DNA of 64,000 nucleotides, taken from Candidatus Omnitrophota bacterium. Lineage in GTDB: Bacteria; Omnitrophota; Gorgyraeia; Tantalellales; Tantalellaceae. The position numbers and the translations under genes were made by a program. Each line of letters begins with the position of its first letter. The first letter of the stretch is position 1. The DNA is taken from positions 164,188 to 228,187 of the forward strand of contig JAQUQS010000001.1 in the NCBI GenBank assembly GCA_028715965.1. Direction: 5' to 3'. A model generated the notes under the pieces. The model did not search any database. It was not told the origin of the DNA and saw nothing but the letters and a program-made list of their open reading frames with translations. This document shows, piece after piece, positions 1 through 9,959 of the stretch.

Positions 1-901
1 AGATCGCGCCACACGCTATCGTAATAAAGATAAAGGGCAACATCGGCGGAGCGCCCTTGGGGGCTACATTGATCACCGGCGCTACTATTTCCGGACGGGC
101 TAACAATATCCCGAGGGCCAGAAGCGCGATGCCTATCACCAGCTGGTGCGAATTTATATAATCCCTGGGTTGAAGAAGGGTCCAGACCGGGAGTACCGAC
201 GCGACATAAGCATACACAAGAAGCAATATGACCCATATCCCGAGGGGCGGGATACCCAGTATCGAAGGCATGTGAATAGGCATGTTCACGCCTATTGCGA
301 TAGAAAGATACATGAGAGCTACGGCTATGACCGATAGTACGGTCAGGTTGCTCCCCCGCCTGTACGCAAGCCATCCCACACATACGGCTATTGGTATCTG
401 TATCCACACCGGGAATACCGACTGAGGGTACATTTCGAAGATAACGGCCATGACCATACCGAATATCGCCACCACGATCCACAATGAGAAAAAGATCAAG
501 AGCAGAAAAAGGATACGCCCTCTTTTGCCGAGCATACACCGGGAAAGTTCACCTATAGACACGCCCTTGTTCCTCGTGGACATCATGAGCGCAGCGTAAT
601 CATGGACGGCACCCGCGAATATGGACCCGATGATTATCCAGACAAGCGCGGGAAGCCACCCCCATATCACGGCTATGGCTGGCCCGACTATGGGCCCGGT
701 ACCCGCTATGGAAGCGAAGTGGTGGCCGAAAAGCACCTCTTTATTGGTAGGCACATAATCTATATCGTCCCGTAACTCCACGCTGGGGGGGACCCTTCTG
801 TCATCGGCCCTGAATACACGGTCCGCGACGAAACGGCCATAGAAGATATATGCCAGGACGAATAAAATAAGTGAAACAAATAGAATAAGTAGAGAACCCA
901 T
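1..901 (-). CDS. cstA: Carbon starvation protein A (CstA family peptide/pyruvate transporter). Only the N-terminal ~300 aa lie in the window; the gene runs off the window start.
   Basis: My own reverse-strand translation from the ATG at 901: MGSLLILFVSLILFVLAYIFYGRFVADRVF...SVELRDDIDYVPTNKEVLFGH. This matches the CstA N-terminal signature (YGRF...DYVPT(D/N)K.VLFGHHFAAIAG). It is absent from the ORF track because there is no stop inside the window. Confidence 0.8.
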   Translation of the reverse strand, partial: MGSLLILFVSLILFVLAYIFYGRFVADRVFRADDRRVPPSVELRDDIDYVPTNKEVLFGHHFASIAGTGPIVGPAIAVIWGWLPALVWIIIGSIFAGAVHDYAALMMSTRNKGVSIGELSRCMLGKRGRILFLLLIFFSLWIVVAIFGMVMAVIFEMYPQSVFPVWIQIPIAVCVGWLAYRRGSNLTVLSVIAVALMYLSIAIGVNMPIHMPSILGIPPLGIWVILLLVYAYVASVLPVWTLLQPRDYINSHQLVIGIALLALGILLARPEIVAPVINVAPKGAPPMLPFIFITIACGAI

Positions 902-1048
902 AAAAATAACCTTACTTTTTGACCGTGCCCATGCGCACGCGTATATATTATATAATAAAGGTCCCGAGTATAAAACCCTAAAAAAAACCGCCGACCATAG
1001 ATCGCATGGCCGGCGGCCTTCCCGTAGGGAGGGGACCCTTGTATATAA

Positions 1049-4000
1049 TTACGCGCGTATCAGTATCTCGTTGGTACGGTCGTATATCGCCTTCAGCTCC
1101 TGGACATCGAACGGAACTATGGGTAGCGACTGTATGAGCCTGTTAAGCGACATCACGATGACCCGTATCTCCGCGGATGTAGCCATCTCGATAAGGTCTT
1201 TCTTGGTCAGGCTTATCTTAGAGACATCCTGTCCCTGGGATATACACAGGTCAACATACTGAGCCAGGGTATATGACAGGAATTCGCTGTCCTCACTTTT
1301 ATAATTATCATTAGAGGCGATCTCGGAAAGCCGGAGCCCGAGCATAACGCTCCTGATCACACCGGTCTCGTCGTAATTAGCGCCTATGGGTGAAAGTATG
1401 GTATCCTCCGGCGACATGTTCCCTATGTGCCAGTTCCTGTCCCTGTGCCCACTGGTCGACAATGTTTCGCCCTTGAACACGGGGAAGATCGTGACCGTGT
1501 TGGCGCGCGTCCTGTTGCCGTTCACGTTCGTGAGCTCATCAGGAAGCTCCTTATATTCCAGGTCACCGTACTCTTCTCTGGAAACCTCAGTTATATTATC
1601 GGTATTGTAAAGCTCCACGAAAGCGCGTCCTCCTGAAAGAGCCTGTATATTATTGAGGAACTCTATTACCTCTTTCTTGTTCATGCTGGTATCCAGCTGC
1701 TGTTTCGGCACCCTTATAAGTTTATAACCGTTCTCCCCGGGCCTGAAGATATGGCTCAGGAACCCTACGTTATCCTCTACGAACGTTTCCATGCCTTTGT
1801 CCGGGGAAGCGGTATAGGCCTGGTCTCCCGCATCGGATATAAGTCCGCTGAGGAAAGTCAACTCATCCCCGGATATCTCCAACCCCATTGAGGCCACAGA
1901 GGTCTCCCCCTCTGTATGGTCCGAGGATAACCGTTCTATCTTGCTGTATAAAGTATCCAAGCTGATAAGACCTTTATAAAAACTTAAAAGCGTATATCCA
2001 CCGAAAATATCCGGATCCCGCTCCACCCACCTTACATTCATTTCCCCGCCATATGTCCTGAGCAGTCTGGGGCCACTGGCCACTACCGAGTCAGGGATAA
2101 GACCCGTGAAAGGAGCTGTTTTAGCATGCTCTTTTACGACCTTTTCCATGGCATCGAGCGACGTTCCGTCGTATTTATCGTTGAACTTGATCGCGTCCTC
2201 ATCCGATAACACTACGGAAATATCGTTGAACCTCAAGCCACCAAGGTTTATCACATAGTCCACATACCCCGGAAGGGCCAATGTCCAATCTCCCTGTTTT
2301 ATTTCCTGCAGGACGACATCCTCTACGCGTCCGTCGGAGGCGTATCTGACATTGACCTGCACCCCATGGCCCTCCGTAACGTATTTTATGTCCAGCTTGT
2401 TCCCCTGGAAATGCCCCGCGCCCGTGGACGTTGACTGTACGCTACCCGGAAGAGTATCATTCACGAAGAACGTCTCGTGCAATGTACTTATCTCTCCGGC
2501 ATTCGTAGCCTCCAGTATCCCCTGTGGGACCGACACGAAGCCATGGTCCATAAGATACATGACATCCTTGTCCTGTCCGTGTTCGAAAACCTGTCCGGAT
2601 ATCTTGAGTTCTTCGAGTATATTACCCTTTAATTTCGAGCTTATGGTCTCCACGCCTCTCCAATAGAAAAGAGGAGCTCCTTCCACCCTGTTATACGGCC
2701 TGACGTCCCCACCGGGAAGGTTCGCGTCCTCGAGAAAGCTCGGGCCACGCTTCTTATCGCTGGCTACGGCCATATCTCCGGCCTTTACCGTCAACCTGAC
2801 CTTCTCAGAGTTAAGCACTCCCCTCCTCATCCACGAAAGCACGGTAAGGAATTGGCCGGTCATTATCTGCATCTCACGGCTTGTACGCGCGCTATCCTCG
2901 CCGTTAGGGGAAAATTTCCGCGTTTTTTCTATTATCATCTGGGCGAAATACCTGGAATTGCCGACAGTATTATTGTCTCGTGAGTACGCTTCAAGGAGGT
3001 TGTTAAGTATTCCCGCCACTATAGGCAACCTGTTCTCGGTCACCTGGAAACCCTGGCTTGAAAATATGGTCTTTACCGCGCCCGGGACATCGCCGTTCAC
3101 CACAAGGCCAGAGGCTTCGTGGACGACTCTTTCCACGTCGTTCATCTCCGGCAATGGTTTGGATACCTCGGCAAAAAGGCTTTTGTTCCTTTGTTCCATT
3201 TTTTTCATCTTCTCTTTTGCTTCCTGCCTGGCTTCCCGTTTTCTTTTGTTGCTGATAGCCTTGCTGAATTCACGAAGATACGCCGCGGCGGTAAGCCTGG
3301 CTTCAAGCCCACGGCTGAGGCGCACGGAAGTCGCCTGGTATTCCTTCAAAGTATCATCATTATACTTGTCATGCAGAGTAAGTAAAGCCTTAAGATACGT
3401 ACTCGAGTCCGCGTCATGGATCACATATTCCTTCTCATCCTTCCATATGGTACGCGTGTTCCATTCTGACGCCCCGGGTGTTAACACGTTGCCTACTCCC
3501 GGCCGGTTAAGGTCCATAAGCAATCCCTGGGCCTGGAAAAGTCCTTCGCCGACCTTGTTATCCGTACGCAATGTCCCGACCTCTATGCCGCCGCAGGCGG
3601 ACACATCCGCCTCGGTAAATCCCGCGGCCTCGGTCGACGGATATGAATCCTGTACCTGCACGTCCGTCGCCGCCAGGAGCTGCCTCTGCTCGTCAAGGCT
3701 GAACCTGGGAACAAATACGAATCTTCCCAATGTTCTTGCTTTCCCGGGGTCCTCTGAGATCATTCTCTTTTTCATTTCGGAGATCTCACGCACAAGTTTC
3801 TTCAGGTCCTCCTTAAGTTTATCGCTATCATCGTTGTTAGATTGCACGTTCCCGTAGATGACCACCTGTACGCCTTTCATTACCAGCTCTTTCACGTTCG
3901 CGTTATCGAACGCGCCTCTTGAATCCGTTCCGGACCCCAGAGTGAAATTACCACCGTTGGTATGATTCCCACCCCTGCCGGCTTTCTCCCTGACCAGGCG

Positions 4001-6664
4001 TCCGGAATACGATACGACCATCTGGTCGTTCCGTAGCATCGCCTCACCCTCCTGTAACAAAGGAGTATCCCCGCCGCCCGGCAGACCCTCGGTGGTATAG
4101 ACATCCTTTTCCCTGGACACGCTGAGCCTCTCCTTGGCCGTTTTTTTGGTCTGGTATACCTGTTCCGCCGTAGGATGCTCTATATCCGCGTTATCGCCAA
4201 AAAGCTCCTTCATGTACCTGATGAAATATTTCATGGTGTTCCCTCTATGGTCTCCGTTGGAAACGGCCCTGAGGTCGAACTCTATGCCCATATCGCTGTA
4301 ATATCTTCTCAGGCTCTCTTTCTTCGGGTTGTTCACCCACTGGTCATATACGACCACATCGTCCCTGTGCGCGCGGGCGACCGCGCCCTGCCAATCGCTG
4401 GACCTCAGCCCGGCCGAAGCCATGTCATAATCCATTCCGAAATTCATTTCGAACAACTCACGATACCCCTGGGGTATGCCCATGAAATCCAGCACCTTGT
4501 CCCCATACCTGTCCTGGGCGTTCCGGGAATATGACTTCCTGTTGCCGTACGTATGCGTGGTGAACGCGACCGTCATTTCCCTCAGCACACGGTCCACCTC
4601 GAAACGCGGGTTTTCTTCCGCCTTTGCCAGCTGTTCCTCAAGTTGTATTTTCCTGTATACGGAAACAAGCGCTGTCTGGGAATCGTTCAAATGAAGTATA
4701 GGAGCTTTCCAGTTGGCTTTATCCTTCATTTCCCTTGCCTCTTCCCTTTTGACGAACTCGAGGGCGGCACGGGAATAAAAAACGGAGAATTCTTCCCATG
4801 TCGGAAGATACGGTGTCTTATCGGGGCTGTACGCGTTCTTGTAGTTGTACAATGAATGCGTGTAATAACTCTCACCGTTGGGCTGTATGTCCCTCACAAG
4901 ATACACTTCTATGCCAAGATCGTTCATCCCCTTACTTACAAGCACATCTACTTCCTTGCCACCCACGGTCACCTTGAATCTGTCCACCTCTTCTATCTTA
5001 CCCAGGATCGGATGGGTCAGCTGCTCCGGGTTCGTATAATCCAGTCTACGCGGATCCTGATCAGGGCTTATACGGTACTGGTAATGCGGTTCGATATGTT
5101 TAAGCCTCGCGCCGGACCCGCGCATGAGTTCCTGCATACCAGCGCCGTGATACTGCATGACCCTGGCCAATCCGCCGGCTTCGTGCCATATCTCCGGCGA
5201 TATCTGCCACAATGTCCTCCCCTCCAGCTCCCTAGCGAATTTCCTTATCCAGTTGCGGTCTATCCAGTCCTTGAACTTCTTAAAAAGCCCGTTAAGCTGT
5301 TTCATAAGGGCATCCCTGTCGATATCAGCCGGCACCAGCATCAGCAATATCTCATCCGCTATTATCATGTCACGATATTCAGAGTTTTCCGGGGCGATAA
5401 GTATCCCCATCAGCTTTTCCTGGTCGTTCTTATCGAGCAGGTTCACCGCTTTTTTAACGGAATAGCTCCTTTCCACCGGATAATGCGGTTCTCCTAAGAT
5501 CACATCGTTCATTATGGATATCGTATCCAGAAGTTCGCCCATGTCGGGGGCGTTTATCATCCTTTGAAGCTCATCCCTGAGGGAAAAAACATCATCCTTC
5601 GCCATCGCGCTCCTGATGGCCCCCGTTCTTTTGGCGGTACGGTATACAAGGTCCATCCTCGCCCTGTATGCGTCATCCGCATCATGGCCCAGCCCATATA
5701 TGTGTAGAAGCTCATCATTATCCAAAAGCTCGGTCCGTACCCCCTCGTTCTCCGGTTTAAAAATATCCTTAAGCAGTATGCTTCCTATATATATGACCCC
5801 GTCCCTTGTCCCGGCGTGGGAGATATTCGTGTGTTCCTTGTCGTCGTTCCATCCTATAGCTACGTCACCAAGAACGGCCCTGAAACGTACCGGCGCCCCG
5901 CGTATCTTATGCTCTTCCATCCATTCTCTTATGGCGACCGCCTCACGTTCGGTAAAAAGCTGGGTTATATCTATTTCTTCTCCGAGGTAAAGCTCCTGGG
6001 ACGTTATCCTGGGCACATAACCTTTTACCCATTTGATCCTTGTGGCCCTGAGCACTCCCGTATCTTCATCCAGATATACCTCAGCCACCTTACCATCCTG
6101 TATAAGTGCCTCTATCATGGGATCGGTGGAAGGCGCGTACATCCCCTTAAGATCATTGTCCAGATCGGCGGCGTCCGGACGGGTATCCTTTTCAACGAAT
6201 ACCGCGAACTTATCACCGCTCTGCCAGCGGCTATCCGTACGGGCATAGTGTTCCCCCAACCTGCCGTCACAAAGTACGGCAACGCCTTTTTCTCCTGACA
6301 GAGAAAAATATATCTCCACCCTGCCGCTTTCCTCCACGACAGAGTCTATGACTATATCCTTTTCCCGCAGGAAATCCGGAGCGGTCTTCAGATATCCAAG
6401 CAAAGCTTTCTGTACGCTTTTTTCTCTGGCCTGGGGATCAAGATAATGCTCGGCTATGGAAAAGAATATGCCAAGTATCTTCCCTTCCGAGTAGATATTG
6501 TTGCGGAAATCAGCTGACCCTTCGGTCGGAGCAAGCTTACCACATATAAGCGGAGGAGTTATGTTTATATTGTCCGTGAAACCGTATATCGTAGAGTTGA
6601 GTAGGAAAGTTAGGAGCGTGATACAGACTATCGCGCTTCGGAAAAGACCTGCTTTTTTGGGCAT
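1049..6664 (-). CDS. Giant (1871 aa) secreted or cell-surface protein of unknown function. It has an N-terminal Sec signal/anchor and no domain I can recognize with confidence.
   Basis: An uninterrupted 5.6-kb ORF. Its N-terminus MPKKAGLFRSAIVCITLLTFLLNSTIYG has signal-peptide n/h regions. A good SD precedes the ATG at 6664 (GGAAGGGGAG-5 nt-ATG). A central segment (SYPSTEAAGFTEADVSACGGIEVGTLRTDNKVGE) loosely resembles the GT-B / glycogen-phosphorylase-synthase nucleotide-binding motif but lacks the PLP lysine. Confidence 0.85.
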   Translation of the reverse strand: MPKKAGLFRSAIVCITLLTFLLNSTIYGFTDNINITPPLICGKLAPTEGSADFRNNIYSEGKILGIFFSIAEHYLDPQAREKSVQKALLGYLKTAPDFLREKDIVIDSVVEESGRVEIYFSLSGEKGVAVLCDGRLGEHYARTDSRWQSGDKFAVFVEKDTRPDAADLDNDLKGMYAPSTDPMIEALIQDGKVAEVYLDEDTGVLRATRIKWVKGYVPRITSQELYLGEEIDITQLFTEREAVAIREWMEEHKIRGAPVRFRAVLGDVAIGWNDDKEHTNISHAGTRDGVIYIGSILLKDIFKPENEGVRTELLDNDELLHIYGLGHDADDAYRARMDLVYRTAKRTGAIRSAMAKDDVFSLRDELQRMINAPDMGELLDTISIMNDVILGEPHYPVERSYSVKKAVNLLDKNDQEKLMGILIAPENSEYRDMIIADEILLMLVPADIDRDALMKQLNGLFKKFKDWIDRNWIRKFARELEGRTLWQISPEIWHEAGGLARVMQYHGAGMQELMRGSGARLKHIEPHYQYRISPDQDPRRLDYTNPEQLTHPILGKIEEVDRFKVTVGGKEVDVLVSKGMNDLGIEVYLVRDIQPNGESYYTHSLYNYKNAYSPDKTPYLPTWEEFSVFYSRAALEFVKREEAREMKDKANWKAPILHLNDSQTALVSVYRKIQLEEQLAKAEENPRFEVDRVLREMTVAFTTHTYGNRKSYSRNAQDRYGDKVLDFMGIPQGYRELFEMNFGMDYDMASAGLRSSDWQGAVARAHRDDVVVYDQWVNNPKKESLRRYYSDMGIEFDLRAVSNGDHRGNTMKYFIRYMKELFGDNADIEHPTAEQVYQTKKTAKERLSVSREKDVYTTEGLPGGGDTPLLQEGEAMLRNDQMVVSYSGRLVREKAGRGGNHTNGGNFTLGSGTDSRGAFDNANVKELVMKGVQVVIYGNVQSNNDDSDKLKEDLKKLVREISEMKKRMISEDPGKARTLGRFVFVPRFSLDEQRQLLAATDVQVQDSYPSTEAAGFTEADVSACGGIEVGTLRTDNKVGEGLFQAQGLLMDLNRPGVGNVLTPGASEWNTRTIWKDEKEYVIHDADSSTYLKALLTLHDKYNDDTLKEYQATSVRLSRGLEARLTAAAYLREFSKAISNKRKREARQEAKEKMKKMEQRNKSLFAEVSKPLPEMNDVERVVHEASGLVVNGDVPGAVKTIFSSQGFQVTENRLPIVAGILNNLLEAYSRDNNTVGNSRYFAQMIIEKTRKFSPNGEDSARTSREMQIMTGQFLTVLSWMRRGVLNSEKVRLTVKAGDMAVASDKKRGPSFLEDANLPGGDVRPYNRVEGAPLFYWRGVETISSKLKGNILEELKISGQVFEHGQDKDVMYLMDHGFVSVPQGILEATNAGEISTLHETFFVNDTLPGSVQSTSTGAGHFQGNKLDIKYVTEGHGVQVNVRYASDGRVEDVVLQEIKQGDWTLALPGYVDYVINLGGLRFNDISVVLSDEDAIKFNDKYDGTSLDAMEKVVKEHAKTAPFTGLIPDSVVASGPRLLRTYGGEMNVRWVERDPDIFGGYTLLSFYKGLISLDTLYSKIERLSSDHTEGETSVASMGLEISGDELTFLSGLISDAGDQAYTASPDKGMETFVEDNVGFLSHIFRPGENGYKLIRVPKQQLDTSMNKKEVIEFLNNIQALSGGRAFVELYNTDNITEVSREEYGDLEYKELPDELTNVNGNRTRANTVTIFPVFKGETLSTSGHRDRNWHIGNMSPEDTILSPIGANYDETGVIRSVMLGLRLSEIASNDNYKSEDSEFLSYTLAQYVDLCISQGQDVSKISLTKKDLIEMATSAEIRVIVMSLNRLIQSLPIVPFDVQELKAIYDRTNEILIRA

Positions 6665-6726
6665 GATATCTCCCCTTCCGGGTTAAGTTTCCATGACACG
6701 ATATGAGCAAAAGATCGGTCTTTCTG

Positions 6727-6760
6727 ATCGACATATTAGAATAGCGCGTGATATGTCGAT
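6727..6760. promoter_or_regulatory. Perfect 10-bp inverted repeat (ATCGACATAT-N14-ATATGTCGAT) in the AT-rich divergent intergenic region. It is a candidate operator or regulatory hairpin.
   Basis: Seen directly: atcgacatat (6727-6736) and atatgtcgat (6751-6760) are exact reverse complements. The repeat lies 65-100 bp upstream of the giant ORF start (6664), inside a ~420-bp AT-rich divergent promoter region (6665-7082). Confidence 0.4.
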
Positions 6761-7040
6761 TGGAAACATCTTAACATATTATTAATTTTTAGTCAATGAA
6801 AAAGTTTGTTTTAAGTTGCTGCTAATTCCAGACATTACAGATTACGATCACAGTATGGAACACCATTTTTTCGCATACATAAGTCATTTAATTTAAATGT
6901 TTTAAATCTATATGCATGCCGTTTCTCTCCCCTGTCGACCCAACACCTCGTTATGTTAGCACAATACATTTTAAGTATTATCTTAAAATTTACTTAACGC
7001 CATCCCGGACATCAGGAGGCATATTATATACAAGCCTATA

Positions 7041-7076
7041 CAAAATTGCAATATCCATCAGTCCTGTAGTAAAATA
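7041..7076 (+). promoter_or_regulatory. Putative sigma70-type promoter for the protease gene (TTGCAA-18-TAAAAT).
   Basis: ttgcaatatccatcagtcctgtagtaaaatac sits immediately upstream of the ATG at 7083. The -10 ends about 8 nt before the ATG and there is no SD, so the transcript may be leaderless, or the real promoter lies further upstream. Confidence 0.3.
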
Positions 7077-7082
7077 CAACTT

Positions 7083-7814
7083 ATGCAGAACCGTTCCGCA
7101 CAGATAATTATCCGGCTTTTCCTGGCCGCGCTCATCTTCGGCGTTATGACGAAAAGTTCTTATCCACTGGGAATGAGCTCGATAATAGACACCATACAAA
7201 GATCGCTAGACGCCATTGTGTTCGTAAAAGCAGAGAATGCCATAGTCGGCGATAGCGCCGATGGTCAAGGCGTGAAACTGGCGAGATTCGAGAGAAAAGG
7301 CGCCGGCATCATAGCCAGTCCTGCCGGGCTCATAATAACCAACGCCCACATCGTCAATAACGCCTCGCGTGTTCTCGTCGCGGTAAGGACCTCCTCTGTA
7401 TACAACGCCAGGGTCTTGTGGGTCTCTCAGGACAAGGACATAGCGTTCATAAAAATAGACACACCCGGTCCTCTTCCGGTAATGACACTTTCGGATTCGG
7501 ACGCGACCAGGCTCGGGGACAAGGTCTATACCGTTGGTAGTTCCGCGCTGTTCAGCGGCACCATCCAACAGGGACTTATAACCGGGATAGGCGCGAGGAC
7601 TGCACCGGATAATGGTAGCGGTAAACACATAAGCATCCTACAAACAGACCTTTCCCTGCACAGGGGCGACAGCGGCGGACCATTGATCGATAGCAATGGC
7701 AATATCCTGGGCCTGTTATTCGCTGGCAGGACGGATATCTCCGGCAAGAGCTATGCCATACCGTCCAATATCATAATGAAAGAGTTCGAAAAACTTCTGG
7801 CGTCACAAAAATAG
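7083..7814 (+). CDS. Trypsin-like (S1C/HtrA-type) serine protease without PDZ domains. It is secreted or membrane-anchored.
   Basis: The catalytic triad motifs are TNAHIV (His), DKDIAFIKID (Asp) and GDSGGPL (Ser). The hydrophobic N-terminus IIIRLFLAALIFGV suggests a signal/anchor. Confidence 0.8.
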   Translation: MQNRSAQIIIRLFLAALIFGVMTKSSYPLGMSSIIDTIQRSLDAIVFVKAENAIVGDSADGQGVKLARFERKGAGIIASPAGLIITNAHIVNNASRVLVAVRTSSVYNARVLWVSQDKDIAFIKIDTPGPLPVMTLSDSDATRLGDKVYTVGSSALFSGTIQQGLITGIGARTAPDNGSGKHISILQTDLSLHRGDSGGPLIDSNGNILGLLFAGRTDISGKSYAIPSNIIMKEFEKLLASQK

Positions 7815-7848
7815 ACCTCGCCGTATAACGCCATTTCATACTTGCCTT

Positions 7849-9240
7849 TTGTGCCGCCACGATATATCATCGTTACATATGTGGCTGGAAAAACTCTTTA
7901 AGCTCAAAGAGAACGCGACAGACATACGGACCGAGGTCCTGGCCGGCACCACTACCTTTATGACCATGGCATATATCATCTTTGTCCAACCTGCCATACT
8001 GTCACAATGCGGAATGGACTTCAACGCCGTAATGGTAGCCACCTGCGTTTCAAGCGCCATAGGCTGTTTCCTGATGGGTCTTCTGGCCAACTATCCTATA
8101 GCCCTGGCTCCTGCCATGGGCCATAACGTATATTTCGCCTTTGTCGCCTGTCCGATGATAGCCGGCATATTAGGTCCGGGCAGCGATATCGCGCCGTGGC
8201 GCGTAGCGTTAGGCGCGGTACTCTTATCAGGCATGGTCTTTATCTTCTTCTCTTTCTTCGGCATAAGAGAGCGGATCATCAAGGCCCTTCCGGTCTCCAT
8301 AAGGAACGCTATAGCTGTCGGCATAGGCCTTCTTATAACCTTGATCGGGTTCGAATGGTCGGGCCTGACCGTTCCGGACAAGTCCATCTACCTTACTCTG
8401 GGAAAGCTGAACTCGGCACCGGTGCTCTTATCTCTTTTTGGGCTCGTAGTGATATCTTCGCTGATGGCAAGAAAAGTGAGAGGGGCCATACTTATCGGAA
8501 TGGTCATTACGGCCGCGGCGGGGACCACTTGCGGGATAATCCGGTATTCCGGAATAACAAGTTCGATACCTTCCATCAGCCCCACTTTCATGAGATTGAG
8601 CTTTTCCGGCGCGCTGGATATGGGGTTCCTTGAACTTATCTTCGTGTTCTTTTTCCTGGACCTTTTCGACACGGTCGGGACGCTTATAGGCGTGTCCGAA
8701 AAAGCCGGCTTCATGAAGGACAATGAGCTTCCGAGGGCCAAACAGGCGCTTTTCGCGGACGCGACCGCTACGGTAACGGGAGCCGTGCTCGGCACTTCTA
8801 CCGTAACAAGTTATGTGGAAAGCGCTTCCGGGGTATCGCAGGGCGGCAGGACGGGACTCGCTAACGTGGTAACGGGTCTTTTAATGCTTCTGGCCCTTTT
8901 CTTCCGTCCGCTTATAGCCATGATCGGCACCAGCCACATGACCGCGGACGGCCTTCTCCTCTATCCGGTGATCTCACCGGTACTGATCATCGTTGGATGC
9001 ATGATGATGAGCTGCGTCAAAAAAATAGACTGGGACGATCTTACGGAAGCTATCCCCGCTTTTCTCACCATAGCGGTAATGCCCTTCTGTGGGTTCAGCA
9101 TAACCGAAGGCATTTCCTTCGGGTTCATCTCATATGTGATACTGAAGACCGTCTCCGGAAAGATGCGGGAAATACCGGCATTTTTATCCCTGTTCGCCGG
9201 GCTTTTCATACTAAGATATATCTTCATGTTCGCGAGATGA
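7849..9240 (+). CDS. NCS2-family nucleobase permease of the AzgA/PbuG type (adenine/guanine/hypoxanthine permease).
   Basis: A multi-TM protein (~12 predicted helices) with the characteristic LAGTTTFMTMAYIIFVQPAIL and ATVTGAVLGTSTVTSYVESASGV segments of AzgA-like permeases. The true start is probably M11 (7879, MWLEKLFKLKEN). Confidence 0.75.
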   Translation: MCRHDISSLHMWLEKLFKLKENATDIRTEVLAGTTTFMTMAYIIFVQPAILSQCGMDFNAVMVATCVSSAIGCFLMGLLANYPIALAPAMGHNVYFAFVACPMIAGILGPGSDIAPWRVALGAVLLSGMVFIFFSFFGIRERIIKALPVSIRNAIAVGIGLLITLIGFEWSGLTVPDKSIYLTLGKLNSAPVLLSLFGLVVISSLMARKVRGAILIGMVITAAAGTTCGIIRYSGITSSIPSISPTFMRLSFSGALDMGFLELIFVFFFLDLFDTVGTLIGVSEKAGFMKDNELPRAKQALFADATATVTGAVLGTSTVTSYVESASGVSQGGRTGLANVVTGLLMLLALFFRPLIAMIGTSHMTADGLLLYPVISPVLIIVGCMMMSCVKKIDWDDLTEAIPAFLTIAVMPFCGFSITEGISFGFISYVILKTVSGKMREIPAFLSLFAGLFILRYIFMFAR

Positions 9241-9260
9241 TCCCGCGAAGTTGTTCGTGT

Positions 9261-9959
9261 TCAACGCACGAGGCCCTCTATATCCTTGGTCGCCTGCCAT
9301 ATCTTTCTTATGCTATCAGCCCTTTGTTTGAAAGCGGAGAGCACTTTGGGGTCGAAATGTGAGCCGCTTTGGGTAGCGATAACATCCATCGCGTCCCGGA
9401 TATCCATAGCCCGTTTATAAGGCCTTATGGAGGTTAACGCGTCAAAAACATCCGCCAGGGCCACGATCCTTCCAAAGACAGGGATCTGGTCACCCTTCAG
9501 CCCGTTGGGATACCCGGTACCGTCATACCTTTCATGGTGTGTAAGGCAGATCTCACAAGCCGCCATCAACAACGGCGATCTGCTGCCCATAAAGATATCC
9601 GCTCCCAACTCAGCGTGTTTTTGCATTATCTCTCTTTCCTCGGGAGTAAGGCTGTCTTTTTTCTTGAGGATATTATCAGGTATCAACAGTTTGCCTATAT
9701 CATGCATGGGGCTGGCATACCTTATTATCTCAACATTATCCGCGTCAAGCCCCATACCCCTGGCTATCTCCGTGGAATAATCGACGATCCGTATAAGGTG
9801 TGTCCCCGTATCCTCGTCCTTATGCTCCGCCAGGAGGGCCATACGGAAGATCATTTCCTCATACGATCCTTTTACCGTATCATATGCCTTCCTCAGACTC
9901 TCTTCCCTTACGGGCCCGTCAGGCGGACCATTCACGCCAAAAATGCTATCGCTGTTCAT
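9261..9959 (-). CDS. Stand-alone HD-GYP domain protein (predicted c-di-GMP phosphodiesterase).
   Basis: An HD motif (PMHDIGK) and a GYP motif (HHERYDGTGYPNGL) are both present. Its start overlaps the upstream STAS gene by 14 nt. Confidence 0.8.
   Translation of the reverse strand: MNSDSIFGVNGPPDGPVREESLRKAYDTVKGSYEEMIFRMALLAEHKDEDTGTHLIRIVDYSTEIARGMGLDADNVEIIRYASPMHDIGKLLIPDNILKKKDSLTPEEREIMQKHAELGADIFMGSRSPLLMAACEICLTHHERYDGTGYPNGLKGDQIPVFGRIVALADVFDALTSIRPYKRAMDIRDAMDVIATQSGSHFDPKVLSAFKQRADSIRKIWQATKDIEGLVR

Noticed and set aside
2958-5497. Several 200-300-aa plus-strand ORFs inside the giant gene region (2958..3857, 4856..5497).
   Set aside because: They are antisense to a single uninterrupted 5.6-kb ORF that has an SD and signal peptide. 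Their translations are Ser/Leu/Pro-rich, which is typical of shadow frames.
9241-9260. Possible bidirectional terminator between the convergent permease and HD-GYP genes (cgtgttcaacgcacg).
   Set aside because: The stem is only about 4 bp with no U-tract. It is too weak to call.
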